NCBI GenBank assembly: GCA_964252395.1
Contig: CAXUMX010000002.1
Location: forward strand, 74,437-138,436
Source: an uncultured Acidobacteriaceae bacterium
GTDB taxonomy: Bacteria; Acidobacteriota; Terriglobia; Terriglobales; Acidobacteriaceae
Length of the DNA: 64,000 nucleotides
Direction of reading: 5' to 3'
Shown here: positions 8,124 through 16,596 of the stretch, one piece after another
Numbering within the stretch: the stretch's first letter is position 1
Layout: each line of letters opens with the position of its first letter
The notes under the pieces: generated by a model
What the model saw: the letters and a program-made list of their open reading frames with translations, nothing else
Databases searched by the model: none
Told to the model about the DNA's origin: nothing
Program-made: the position numbers and the translations under genes

Positions 8124-9722
8124 ATGGTTCATCGCGCTATTGCCCGCGCCGCGCTCACCGCGTTGTTGCTCTGCTGTGCGCTTGCTGCTGCTGCGCAGCC
8201 GCGACCGCATCGGCCGCCCGCTGCCAGCGCACCGCTTGCGGTCACTTTGAATCAGCTGCTCGCTAACCCGGCGGTAGCCCGCGCGCACTGGGGCGTCTCT
8301 GTGACCACTTTGCAGGGCCGGCAGGTCCTCGTGCTGAACGATGGCCAGCTGTTCCAGCCTGCATCGAACGCCAAGCTTCTCACGACCGCCGCTGCCGCGG
8401 CACTGCTCTCGCCTGCGCTCACCTACACCACCAACATCATCGCGGAGGGCCCAGTGGACAGCGCGGGCACCCTGCACGGCGGCCTCGCGATTCTGGGTGT
8501 CGGCGATCCCAACATCTCTGGACGAGCCCTGCCCTACAACGCCAAGACGGAGCGGCCCAATCCGCCTCTGGCCGCGCTGGAGGATATGGCCGCGCAGGTT
8601 GCGGCCAGCGGTGTTCGCGCGATAGACGGCGATGTGATCGGCGACGATACCTGGTTCGTCGCAGAACGCTACGGCGCCGGGTGGAGCTGGGATGATCTGG
8701 AATGGCTGTACGGCGCCCCTGTCTCTGCGCTGACGATCAATGACAATGCGGTATTTTTGAACGTGCAGCCCGGTGCCCAGGCTGGCGAGCCCGTGGCGGC
8801 CCAGTGGGATCCGGACCAGCCCTACTACACGCTTGAGAATACGGCGACCACAGTGGCCAGAAGCAGCGATCCCGCGAGTGCGCCGAAGTTCGGCATCGAC
8901 CGCGCGCCGGGCTCGCTGACGGTGCGGCTGTTCGGCGCGGTGGCCCTGGGCAGCGACGGCGTCCATTCCGGGCTGGCCATCGAAGATCCCGCGGATTACA
9001 CGGCCCGCGCGCTGCTGGCCATGCTGCGGCAGCGGGGCATCACTGTAACCGGAACCGCGCGGGCGCGACATCGTGTGAATACGGACACCGCGAGCTTTCG
9101 CCAGGAGCAGGAGGAGCCGCTGCCCCTGGTCGCCTCCGGACTGAGCACGGTGGCCAGGGCCCCGGCGGGCGCGCGGGTGCTGGCTTCGCATGTCTCGCCG
9201 CCGCTGCTTGAGGATCTTGTAGTGACCAACAAGGCCAGTCAGAACCTGCATGCGGAGCTGACGCTGCGCACCATGGGCAAGCTGCTCGCGCGGGACGGTT
9301 CTCTGGCGGAGGGCACGCGCGTGGTGCGTCAGTTCCTCATCAGTGCGGGGGTGGCGCCGGACGATTTCTTCTTCTACGACGGCTCGGGATTGTCGAGCCA
9401 GGATCTGATCACGCCCCGCGCAGCTACTACCTTGTTGAGCTACGCGGCGCGCCAGCCCTGGGGCGAGAGGTTTCGCAGCACGCTGCCGATCGCCGGCAGT
9501 GACGGCTCACTGGCCGGGCGCTTCACCAACTCGCCAGTGAAAGGGAAGCTGCTGGCAAAGACCGGAACACTCGGAGAGGTACGCGCGCTCTCCGGCTACC
9601 TGACCGCCGCCTCCGGGCGCACGCTGGCCATCTGTGTGTTGATCAATGATCACCAGCCGCAGTCGAAGGCCGAGGGGGCGGCCATGGATCGGCTGATCGA
9701 AGCCATCTGGCGTGCGGAGTAG
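8124..9722 (+). CDS. dacB: D-alanyl-D-alanine carboxypeptidase/endopeptidase (PBP4, peptidase S13)
   Basis: Signal peptide, SxxK (ASNAKLLT) and KTG (AKTGTLGE). Length 532 aa. Confidence 0.9.
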   Translation: MVHRAIARAALTALLLCCALAAAAQPRPHRPPAASAPLAVTLNQLLANPAVARAHWGVSVTTLQGRQVLVLNDGQLFQPASNAKLLTTAAAAALLSPALTYTTNIIAEGPVDSAGTLHGGLAILGVGDPNISGRALPYNAKTERPNPPLAALEDMAAQVAASGVRAIDGDVIGDDTWFVAERYGAGWSWDDLEWLYGAPVSALTINDNAVFLNVQPGAQAGEPVAAQWDPDQPYYTLENTATTVARSSDPASAPKFGIDRAPGSLTVRLFGAVALGSDGVHSGLAIEDPADYTARALLAMLRQRGITVTGTARARHRVNTDTASFRQEQEEPLPLVASGLSTVARAPAGARVLASHVSPPLLEDLVVTNKASQNLHAELTLRTMGKLLARDGSLAEGTRVVRQFLISAGVAPDDFFFYDGSGLSSQDLITPRAATTLLSYAARQPWGERFRSTLPIAGSDGSLAGRFTNSPVKGKLLAKTGTLGEVRALSGYLTAASGRTLAICVLINDHQPQSKAEGAAMDRLIEAIWRAE

Positions 9723-9765
9723 CGGGGCTGCAGGCGCTCCTCTGTTGCGCACTTAGAATCAAGTC

Positions 9766-10119
9766 TTGCGTACCGGGTCTTCACTTCTGTTCTGGGCGGC
9801 AGCCATCGCGTGCGCGGCTGGCTGCGACTCCCTGCCGCCCGGCAAGCCGCTGTCTGCGCTCTCTGCGCAGGAGGCAGCCGGCCACGCTGTTTACCTCAGC
9901 GAGTGCGCACGCTGCCACAACGCCTATGACACCAAGGCTCTGCATGGGCCCAGCCTCTACGGCATCTTTCGCAAGCCGTACCTGCCCAGCGGGGCGCCGG
10001 CGCACGACGACCGTGTGGTGCAGGTAGTGCTGCACGGGCGGGGACTGATGCCCGCTGCAGGACAGGGCCTCAGCGAACAGCAACTGCAGGACCTGCTGCA
10101 CTACCTGCACACACTATGA
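9766..10119 (+). CDS. c-type cytochrome (lipoprotein)
   Basis: Lipobox-like AAGC, haem-binding CARCH, and a distal Met in GRGLMPA. Uses a TTG start. Confidence 0.75.
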   Translation: MRTGSSLLFWAAAIACAAGCDSLPPGKPLSALSAQEAAGHAVYLSECARCHNAYDTKALHGPSLYGIFRKPYLPSGAPAHDDRVVQVVLHGRGLMPAAGQGLSEQQLQDLLHYLHTL

Positions 10120-10478
10120 GCGACGCGTCCCAGCCCACCCCGCCTCCAACCGAGTACCGCGGCCTGCTGCCGGCGATGGCCGGCGTGGCGCTCTACATGC
10201 TGGTGCTCGCCGCTGTGGTCGGCTTTGGTGCTGCAACAGGACGGCTTCCGCGGCTGTTTGTGGTCTTCAGCGTGTTGTTTGCGTCGGCTGCGGTCGGGCT
10301 TATTCGGCTGTACCGCTGGGGGTGGGCTTTAGCTATCGCGGCCAGCTTTCTGCTGATGGGATACGGGGTGTGGGTCTTTCTGCACGTGCGGCAAGGGCCT
10401 GCTCTGGTCATGGCCTTCCTGAACCTGATCTTCTTCCTGTACCTGGTACGGCCTGAGGTACGGGACAGGCTGCGCTAG
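10116..10478 (+). CDS. Small integral membrane protein (3-4 TM), unknown function
   Basis: ATGA overlap with the cytochrome c stop. Hydrophobic segments run throughout. Confidence 0.6.
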   Translation: MSDASQPTPPPTEYRGLLPAMAGVALYMLVLAAVVGFGAATGRLPRLFVVFSVLFASAAVGLIRLYRWGWALAIAASFLLMGYGVWVFLHVRQGPALVMAFLNLIFFLYLVRPEVRDRLR

Positions 10479-10558
10479 AGAGTGCCCTTTGACGTCCGCC
10501 TGCCGTTTGCAGAGGCGCTTCGAGCGCGTGAACAGCCGGCGAAGCCCGGGACTGCCGC

Positions 10559-11557
10559 TTGTTTACAATATGGACAGGGACCCCTGTGGCCGACCTTCAG
10601 CTTATTCCCGATCTTTCGCTCTCCCCGGTGCCCGCCGTCTCTGCGCCACTGTCCGACCTGGTGCAGATCACGACCGTGGCAGCCAAGCCGGCGCCCAAGC
10701 CGGAGTGGCTGAAGGCGCGCGCGCCGGTGGGGGAGAACTACCACTCGCTGAAGCAGCTGGCCCGCTCCCTCAACCTGCATACGGTCTGCGAGAGCGCCCA
10801 TTGCCCAAATATCGGCGAGTGCTGGGAGCACAAGACCGCCACGTTCATGATGCTGGGCAACCTGTGCACGCGGCGCTGCGGCTTCTGCGCGGTGCCCAAG
10901 GGTCGCCCTGAAGCGATCGACTTTGACGAGCCGCGTCGCGTGGCGGAGGCCATCGCCACCCTCGGCCTGAAGCACGCCGTGGTCACCAGTGTGAACCGCG
11001 ACGACGACGTGGTCGGTGGCGCGCGCGCCTTTGCCCTCCTGATCGAAGAGGTACGGCGTCAGGCGCCCGGATGCCAGATTGAAGTGCTGGTGCCCGACTT
11101 TCAAGGACGCGAAGAGGCGATCCGCCTGGTGGTGGAGGCGCGCCCTGAGGTGCTTAACCACAACACTGAGACAGTGCCGCGCCTCTATCGCGCGGTGCGC
11201 TCAGGCTCGCGCTACGACCGCTCCCTGCGCCTGCTCGAAACGTCCAAGCGCCTTGACCCGACGGTCATCACCAAGAGCGGCGTCATGGCCGGACTGGGCG
11301 AGCAGATGGATGAGCTGATTGCGGTCTTCCGCGATCTGGCTTCGGTGGGCACGGACATCCTGACCGTCGGCCAGTACCTGCGGCCCTCGAAGGATCACCT
11401 GCCGATGGCGCGCTACTACACGCCGACCGAGTTCGCCGAGATGAAGAGCGCAGCCATGGAGATGGGCTTCCGCCACGTCGAGTCGGGGCCGCTGGTACGC
11501 TCCAGCTACCACGCACATGAGCAAGCCGCCAGCACCGGGCTCACCGCCCTCGGTTGA
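10559..11557 (+). CDS. lipA: Lipoyl synthase
   Basis: CESAHCPNIGECW auxiliary cluster motif and radical-SAM CTRRCGFCAV. The start is uncertain (TTG at 10559 or GTG at 10586). Confidence 0.95.
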   Translation: MFTIWTGTPVADLQLIPDLSLSPVPAVSAPLSDLVQITTVAAKPAPKPEWLKARAPVGENYHSLKQLARSLNLHTVCESAHCPNIGECWEHKTATFMMLGNLCTRRCGFCAVPKGRPEAIDFDEPRRVAEAIATLGLKHAVVTSVNRDDDVVGGARAFALLIEEVRRQAPGCQIEVLVPDFQGREEAIRLVVEARPEVLNHNTETVPRLYRAVRSGSRYDRSLRLLETSKRLDPTVITKSGVMAGLGEQMDELIAVFRDLASVGTDILTVGQYLRPSKDHLPMARYYTPTEFAEMKSAAMEMGFRHVESGPLVRSSYHAHEQAASTGLTALG

Positions 11558-11589
11558 AGTCTCGCAACCAGCCTGCCCCTTGAACACGT

Positions 11590-12018
11590 TCAGCCATCAA
11601 TCGCATTCAGGATAGGCGCCAGCAGATAGGCGACAAAGAAGCCCGCGCTCCAGATGACCGCGGAGGCCCACAGCAGCGTCCGGCTCAGGCGGCCGGCCTC
11701 TGCGCACGTATTGGGATCATCCGCCATGCACGCCTGCTCCGCGCGCAGCCGCGGGGCGATGGCATAGGTGACCAGGAAGCTGATCGCAATCAGCGTCCCG
11801 GCGATGGCGAAGGTCCACGCCTTGTGGCGCGAGACGCTTACCAGCCACGGGGCTGCGGAGAGCACGGACGCAACGGCGGTGCCAAGGCCAAGCAGCACCA
11901 GCAGCGAAGGGAGCGCGCAGCACAGCAGTGTGCTGAAGGAGCTGAACAGGGACAGGTAGTTCAGCAGCGCGGCCCGGCGCACGCGCGGATTGGCGTTGGT
12001 TGTGGCGGCGGTGCTCAT
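11590..12018 (-). CDS. MerC/MerT-like four-TM membrane protein with vicinal Cys pair
   Basis: 142 aa with four predicted TM segments. Has a CC pair inside TM1 (LLCCALPSLLV) and a second Cys pair in a loop (QACMADDPNTCAE). Its start overlaps the upstream HMA gene stop (ATGA). Confidence 0.7.
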   Translation of the reverse strand: MSTAATTNANPRVRRAALLNYLSLFSSFSTLLCCALPSLLVLLGLGTAVASVLSAAPWLVSVSRHKAWTFAIAGTLIAISFLVTYAIAPRLRAEQACMADDPNTCAEAGRLSRTLLWASAVIWSAGFFVAYLLAPILNAIDG

Positions 12019-12518
12019 TGGGCCTCCGCAATGCTGCTGTAGCGAAGCATTTCCGGCACCTTGCCCTTTGGCGCAGCCGGCAACACCCCGCTGACCACGA
12101 CCGTCTTGCCCAGCAGTGCAGATATGTCCTGCCCACCGCTGGCAGCCTGGAGCGCGTAGTGGTCCGTGGTTCGGCTGACCGTTAGCACCGGCGCGGCTGC
12201 TGTGCCGCCCAGCGTCCCACGCGCAACCACGTTCGCATCCTTGTGCGTAAAGCCGTTTTTCTCGACTGCCTGGTTGAACTGGCGCAGCTCTGCGCTGTTG
12301 CCCGGTGCGAGCTTCACGCCAACCAGGCCGGTGTTCAGGTCCACATCCACGGTGCTGACACCTGGAATGCCGCGCATGGCGACACGGATGGCATGTGCGC
12401 AGGGTGCGCAGTCCATGCCGAAGACGGTGAGGTTAACCTGGCTATACTCCGCCCGGGCGGCTGGTCCCCAAACGGCGAGCGAGAGAGCCAGAAGTGCGAC
12501 AGAGCTGGAACGCTTCAT
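12015..12518 (-). CDS. Periplasmic heavy-metal-associated (HMA) domain protein, MerP/CopZ-like with extra C-terminal domain
   Basis: Signal peptide MKRSSSVALLALSLAVWGPAARA and HMA motif VFGMDCAPCAHAI. I use the ATG at 12518 (AGGA SD upstream) instead of the ORF-track start at 12650. Confidence 0.8.
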   Translation of the reverse strand: MKRSSSVALLALSLAVWGPAARAEYSQVNLTVFGMDCAPCAHAIRVAMRGIPGVSTVDVDLNTGLVGVKLAPGNSAELRQFNQAVEKNGFTHKDANVVARGTLGGTAAAPVLTVSRTTDHYALQAASGGQDISALLGKTVVVSGVLPAAPKGKVPEMLRYSSIAEAQ

Positions 12519-12531
12519 CGAAGGAATCCTT

Positions 12532-13389
12532 TCAGTGGCTCGCAACATGCGAGGAGTATCTGAGGTAGCTAAAGTTGAGCGCGAAGCGAAGGCGCTCCGG
12601 CCCATAGAGTGCGCTTGCCGCGTCGCGATAGATTGGCGCCTGAACCCCACCGGAGATGGCGATTTCCTTGTAGATGGCCAGGATGGATGGCCCCAGCCAT
12701 AGCGTGCTGGTGCTGCTGCCGGTCAGTACGCGGCCCTGCTCGCGTACATCGCCGGTGTGCTCTCCGGTGAATTCCGCGAAGCCTCGATAATCCCACTGCT
12801 CTGCACTGCGCCGCAGACGTTGCGGGCGGTATCCGTATACCGCGCTCCAGGAGACGGTGTCCGGTCGTACATCTCCGGAAGCACTGAGGAAGCGCGTGTA
12901 TCCCGCTCCCAGCCAAAGGTATTGGCTGCGAGAGGCAAGGCCGGTGGCCAGCGTGCCTTGCAGTCCCGGCGCGCGATGCAGGTGATGCAGCACGCCCGAG
13001 TCATATTGCGGGCCGGGCACTACGGCGGATAGCGAAGCAGTGGATTCCAGCCGCTTGCCCACGCTGGTGACCGAGTGCAGAAAGCGCCAGGAGGCGCCAG
13101 CCGTCCACTCACTTCCAGGGAAGATGCGACTCTCCGGCAGGGCGCCGCCGCCGAAGCTCGCAGGGAGAAACGCACTCAGGGTGATGTGAGGTGTGAGCCC
13201 GTATCCGAATCCGGAGCCGGTGGAGAGCTGCGTGCCGGCGGTGCCGCTCCGTCCGAAGATGCCGCTATCGAAGGTGAGCTCGCGCGCGGAGTTGACCGGG
13301 GTGGCGTAGCTGAAGACTGGGCCGTGATCCGCTGCAGCAGCGATTGACGGCAGGAGCATGGCGCAGGCCATGACCATGGAGGTACGCAT
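12532..13389 (-). CDS. Putative outer-membrane beta-barrel protein
   Basis: Signal peptide (...SIAAAADH) and alternating hydrophobic/polar strands rich in G/S/T/Y. The barrel assignment is by pattern only, with no family-specific motif recognised. Confidence 0.6.
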   Translation of the reverse strand: MRTSMVMACAMLLPSIAAAADHGPVFSYATPVNSARELTFDSGIFGRSGTAGTQLSTGSGFGYGLTPHITLSAFLPASFGGGALPESRIFPGSEWTAGASWRFLHSVTSVGKRLESTASLSAVVPGPQYDSGVLHHLHRAPGLQGTLATGLASRSQYLWLGAGYTRFLSASGDVRPDTVSWSAVYGYRPQRLRRSAEQWDYRGFAEFTGEHTGDVREQGRVLTGSSTSTLWLGPSILAIYKEIAISGGVQAPIYRDAASALYGPERLRFALNFSYLRYSSHVASH

Positions 13390-13469
13390 GAAAAACTCCT
13401 ACGAAGACAGCAAGAAGAAGCACGTGCACAGTCGGTGCTGTGCAGGTCATTGCGATTCGCAGGGGCGTA

Positions 13470-13826
13470 TCAGATGCGTAGAACGGTGAACCGGAACGCG
13501 GCGGGCCCGGGCGGAGACATGCGCCGGTTCGCCACCTCACAATGCAGGATTGCACTCGCAGGCGCGATGCTGATCCAGAGAGAGCCGGAGTACATCACGT
13601 CCGCAGGAGCTGCGGCCGCAGGGGTCGCAAACTGCGGGTGGCTCTGCGTCTGGAGCGTGGTTGTGCAGCAGGACTGGACAACGTTTCCGTCGCAACCCCC
13701 GCGCATGGAATGGCAGCATGCGCTTTCAGCCTGAGCCGTCGACACCTGAGTAGTGCAGCCCAGGCTGGGAAATGCCGCGATCAGCAGCAGCAACAGTGAC
13801 AACGCGCTGGCCATACGGTGGAACAT
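13470..13826 (-). CDS. Small Cys-rich lipoprotein
   Basis: 118 aa with lipobox FPSLGC, followed by ACCHSMRGGCDGNVVQSCC (5 Cys plus His within 19 aa). First gene of the 13826-11590 cluster. Confidence 0.6.
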   Translation of the reverse strand: MFHRMASALSLLLLLIAAFPSLGCTTQVSTAQAESACCHSMRGGCDGNVVQSCCTTTLQTQSHPQFATPAAAAPADVMYSGSLWISIAPASAILHCEVANRRMSPPGPAAFRFTVLRI

Positions 13827-13966
13827 CTGTCTCCAGTATAAGCACGCGGCGAGGTAGCTGGCGTGCTCTTCTCAAAGCTGCATTCCACGCACTAGGATTC
13901 TTTGCGCCGCTGCCAAGCCTGCTTCTGGCCTGCTGCACACACTGCCTGTAAGGGAACTCCGCATCC

Positions 13967-16561
13967 ATGTCCGGTCTCTCCCCATCGTTCCGCTGCTGCG
14001 GCGTCTCGTTGCTGGTGACGCTTTCATCTATCTCGGCGTTCGCGCAGGCACCGCATCCGCTCACCACTGCAGAGCAGCAGCGCGTCGACGGGCTGATTCG
14101 CCAGATGACGATGGATCAGAAGCTGGACCTCCTTGGCGGCGCGGGATTCGGAGGTCCCGCCTGGGGCACGAAGCCGATTCCTTCGCTGCACATCCCGGCG
14201 TTTGAGATGTCGGATGGTCCGTTTGGGACCCGCTCGAACGAAGGCTCTCCCTCAACCACGTACGCGGCGGGCATCGGGCTTGCGGCGAGCTGGGACCCTG
14301 AATTGGCGGAGCGTGTGGGCGCGGGCATCGGTCGCGATGCGCGGGCGCGCGGTGTGCACTACATGCTCGGTCCGGGCGTCAACATCTACCGCTCTCCACG
14401 CAATGGCCGCAACTTCGAGTATTACGGCGAGGATCCCTTCCTCACCGCGCACATCGCTTCCGGGTACATTACCGGCATGCAGCAGCAGGGAGTCAGCGCG
14501 ACCATCAAGCACTTCCTCGGCAACAACTCCGAGTTTCTCCGCCATGACTCTGACTCCATCATCGATGAGCGCACGGTGCGTGAGATCTATCTGCCGTCCT
14601 TCGAGATGGCAGTGAAGCAGGCGCATGTGGGTGCCATGATGGACTCCTACAACCTGATCAACGGTGCGCACGCGACGCAGAACGGCTACTTCAACAACGA
14701 GATTGTGCGGAAGGAGTGGGGCTTCCCCGGCACCATGATGTCGGACTGGGACGCTACGTACGACGCAGTCGGCGCGGCCAACGGCGGGCTGGACATCGAG
14801 ATGCCCACCGGCAAGTTCCTGAACAAGGAAAACCTCGAGCCCGCGATCAAGGCAGGCACGGTGAAGGAAGCAACGATCGACGACAAGGTCCGTCACATTC
14901 TGACCACTGCGGTGGGCTTTGGCTGGCTGGACCGGCCGCAGCAGGATCTCTCGATCTCCTTCATAGACCAGCGGAACGAGGCCGCTGCGCTCGATTCCGC
15001 GCGGGAGTCTGCCGTTCTGCTGAAGAATGAGGGCAGCCTTCTGCCTCTGGACAAAGCGACGGTGAAGACCATTCTGCTGGTGGGTCCGGACGCATACCCG
15101 GGCGTTCCGGTGGGTGGAGGCAGCGCCGGCGTGGTGCCATTTCACAATGTCAGTCCGCTTGAAGCGCTGGCTGAGGTAGGTGGCAGCAGCACGACCGTGC
15201 TCTACGATCGCGGAGTTCCGGAGTTCTCTGAGCTGGCGCGCAATACAAGCTTCACGACCGCAGCCTCGGGCGGCGAGCGTGGCCTGACCATGGACTCCTT
15301 TGATAGTGACTCGTTTGCCGATAAGCCGACCCGGAGCAGCGTCGTGCCTTACCTCAACATGGCGGGCGTCGACTGGCAGTCGCTGATGGTGGATCCTGAG
15401 GCCGCCCAGGCGATCTTCTCCGCCGCCAAGCATCCTTCACTGCGCCTGACCGGCTACTACAACGCGCCCGCCGCGGGCAGCTACATCGTCGCGCTTGAGG
15501 ATGCGGGCGAAGACTCAGGCAATCGCGTCTACCTGGACGACAAGCTGGTGATTGACTGCTGGGATCTGCAGCGCGCCTTCCAGCCGCACCTGACCATGCA
15601 GCTCTCAGCCGGGCCGCACAAGGTCGTGGTGGAGCACCGGCAGAAGAACCCGATCGGCGGCCGGTTGCGCCTGGCGATCGTGCGCCAGGATAGTGTCGTG
15701 ACCGTGCGCTCGCGGGAGCTGGCGGCGAAGGCAGATGTCGTCGTGGTCGCGGCCGGGTACGACTGGCAGAGCGAGGGAGAAGGCGCCGATCGAACGTTTG
15801 AGCTGCCGTACGGACAGGACGAGCTGATTCAGGCGATGACCGCCGCCAACAAGAAGGTGATCGTCGCGGTGACGTCAGGCGGCAACTTCGACTCGCATAC
15901 GTGGCTGGACGGAGTGCCCGCGCTGCTTGAGACCTGGTACGGCGGGCAGCAGGGTGGTCGTGCTTTGGCGGAGATTCTGTTCGGGGAGGTGAATCCCTCG
16001 GGACATCTGCCGGCGACCTTCGAGCGCAAGGCAGAGGACAACCCCACTTACCAGAACTACTATCCGGATCCGGGGACGAATCGCGTCGTCTACAAGGAAG
16101 GCATCTTTGTTGGCTACCGCGGGTACGAGCACAACCACACCAAACCGCTGTTTCCTTTCGGCTACGGGCTGTCCTATACCACCTTTAGATTCGCCAACCT
16201 GGCGGTAAGCCCGGCCTCAGCCGGAGCGAATCCTCAGGTAAATGTCTCGTTCGATGTGACGAATACAGGATCCCGCAAGGGAGCGGAGGTGGCTCAGGTC
16301 TATGTATCGGACGATCATGCGAAGGTGCCCCGCCCCGAACGCGAGCTGAAGGGCTTCGGGCGCATAGTGCTGGACCGGGGTGAGACAAAGCGCGTATCGA
16401 TTCCACTGGACGCGCGCGCGTTTGCCTACTACGACACCTCCGCCAAGAAGTGGACCATCGCTCCTGGCCGATTCACAGTGCACGTTGGGGACTCGGTAGA
16501 AGCGACTCCGCTCAGCAGCACGGTTGAGCTGACCGGCGACGCAGCCAACAGCAGCTTCTAG
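13967..16561 (+). CDS. Glycoside hydrolase family 3 beta-glucosidase with PA14-like insertion
   Basis: Signal peptide, KHFLGNN, and MMSDWDA (nucleophile region). A PA14-like segment (YIVALEDAGEDSGNRVYLDDKLVIDCWD) and a C-terminal Fn3-like domain are present. Confidence 0.92.
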   Translation: MSGLSPSFRCCGVSLLVTLSSISAFAQAPHPLTTAEQQRVDGLIRQMTMDQKLDLLGGAGFGGPAWGTKPIPSLHIPAFEMSDGPFGTRSNEGSPSTTYAAGIGLAASWDPELAERVGAGIGRDARARGVHYMLGPGVNIYRSPRNGRNFEYYGEDPFLTAHIASGYITGMQQQGVSATIKHFLGNNSEFLRHDSDSIIDERTVREIYLPSFEMAVKQAHVGAMMDSYNLINGAHATQNGYFNNEIVRKEWGFPGTMMSDWDATYDAVGAANGGLDIEMPTGKFLNKENLEPAIKAGTVKEATIDDKVRHILTTAVGFGWLDRPQQDLSISFIDQRNEAAALDSARESAVLLKNEGSLLPLDKATVKTILLVGPDAYPGVPVGGGSAGVVPFHNVSPLEALAEVGGSSTTVLYDRGVPEFSELARNTSFTTAASGGERGLTMDSFDSDSFADKPTRSSVVPYLNMAGVDWQSLMVDPEAAQAIFSAAKHPSLRLTGYYNAPAAGSYIVALEDAGEDSGNRVYLDDKLVIDCWDLQRAFQPHLTMQLSAGPHKVVVEHRQKNPIGGRLRLAIVRQDSVVTVRSRELAAKADVVVVAAGYDWQSEGEGADRTFELPYGQDELIQAMTAANKKVIVAVTSGGNFDSHTWLDGVPALLETWYGGQQGGRALAEILFGEVNPSGHLPATFERKAEDNPTYQNYYPDPGTNRVVYKEGIFVGYRGYEHNHTKPLFPFGYGLSYTTFRFANLAVSPASAGANPQVNVSFDVTNTGSRKGAEVAQVYVSDDHAKVPRPERELKGFGRIVLDRGETKRVSIPLDARAFAYYDTSAKKWTIAPGRFTVHVGDSVEATPLSSTVELTGDAANSSF

Positions 16562-16596
16562 CGGAATAGACCCGCGTGATGGTATTGGGAGCAGCC

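Noticed and set aside
8025-9251. 408-aa ORF antisense to the PBP4 gene. Similar long antisense or alternate-frame ORFs occur at 16217-17479, 20744-21997, 26608-27732, 37900-39429, 58814-59722 and 61451-62371.
   Set aside because: Each overlaps a gene with clear family motifs on the other strand or frame. Their translations are Arg/Ala/Gly/His/Pro-rich with no motifs, as expected for stop-poor alternative frames in GC-rich DNA.
11590-13826. Classical mer (mercury resistance) operon.
   Set aside because: merA, merR, merD and merB are absent from the window. Only MerP-like and MerC/T-like signatures are present, so I report it as an uncharacterised metal-related cluster instead.
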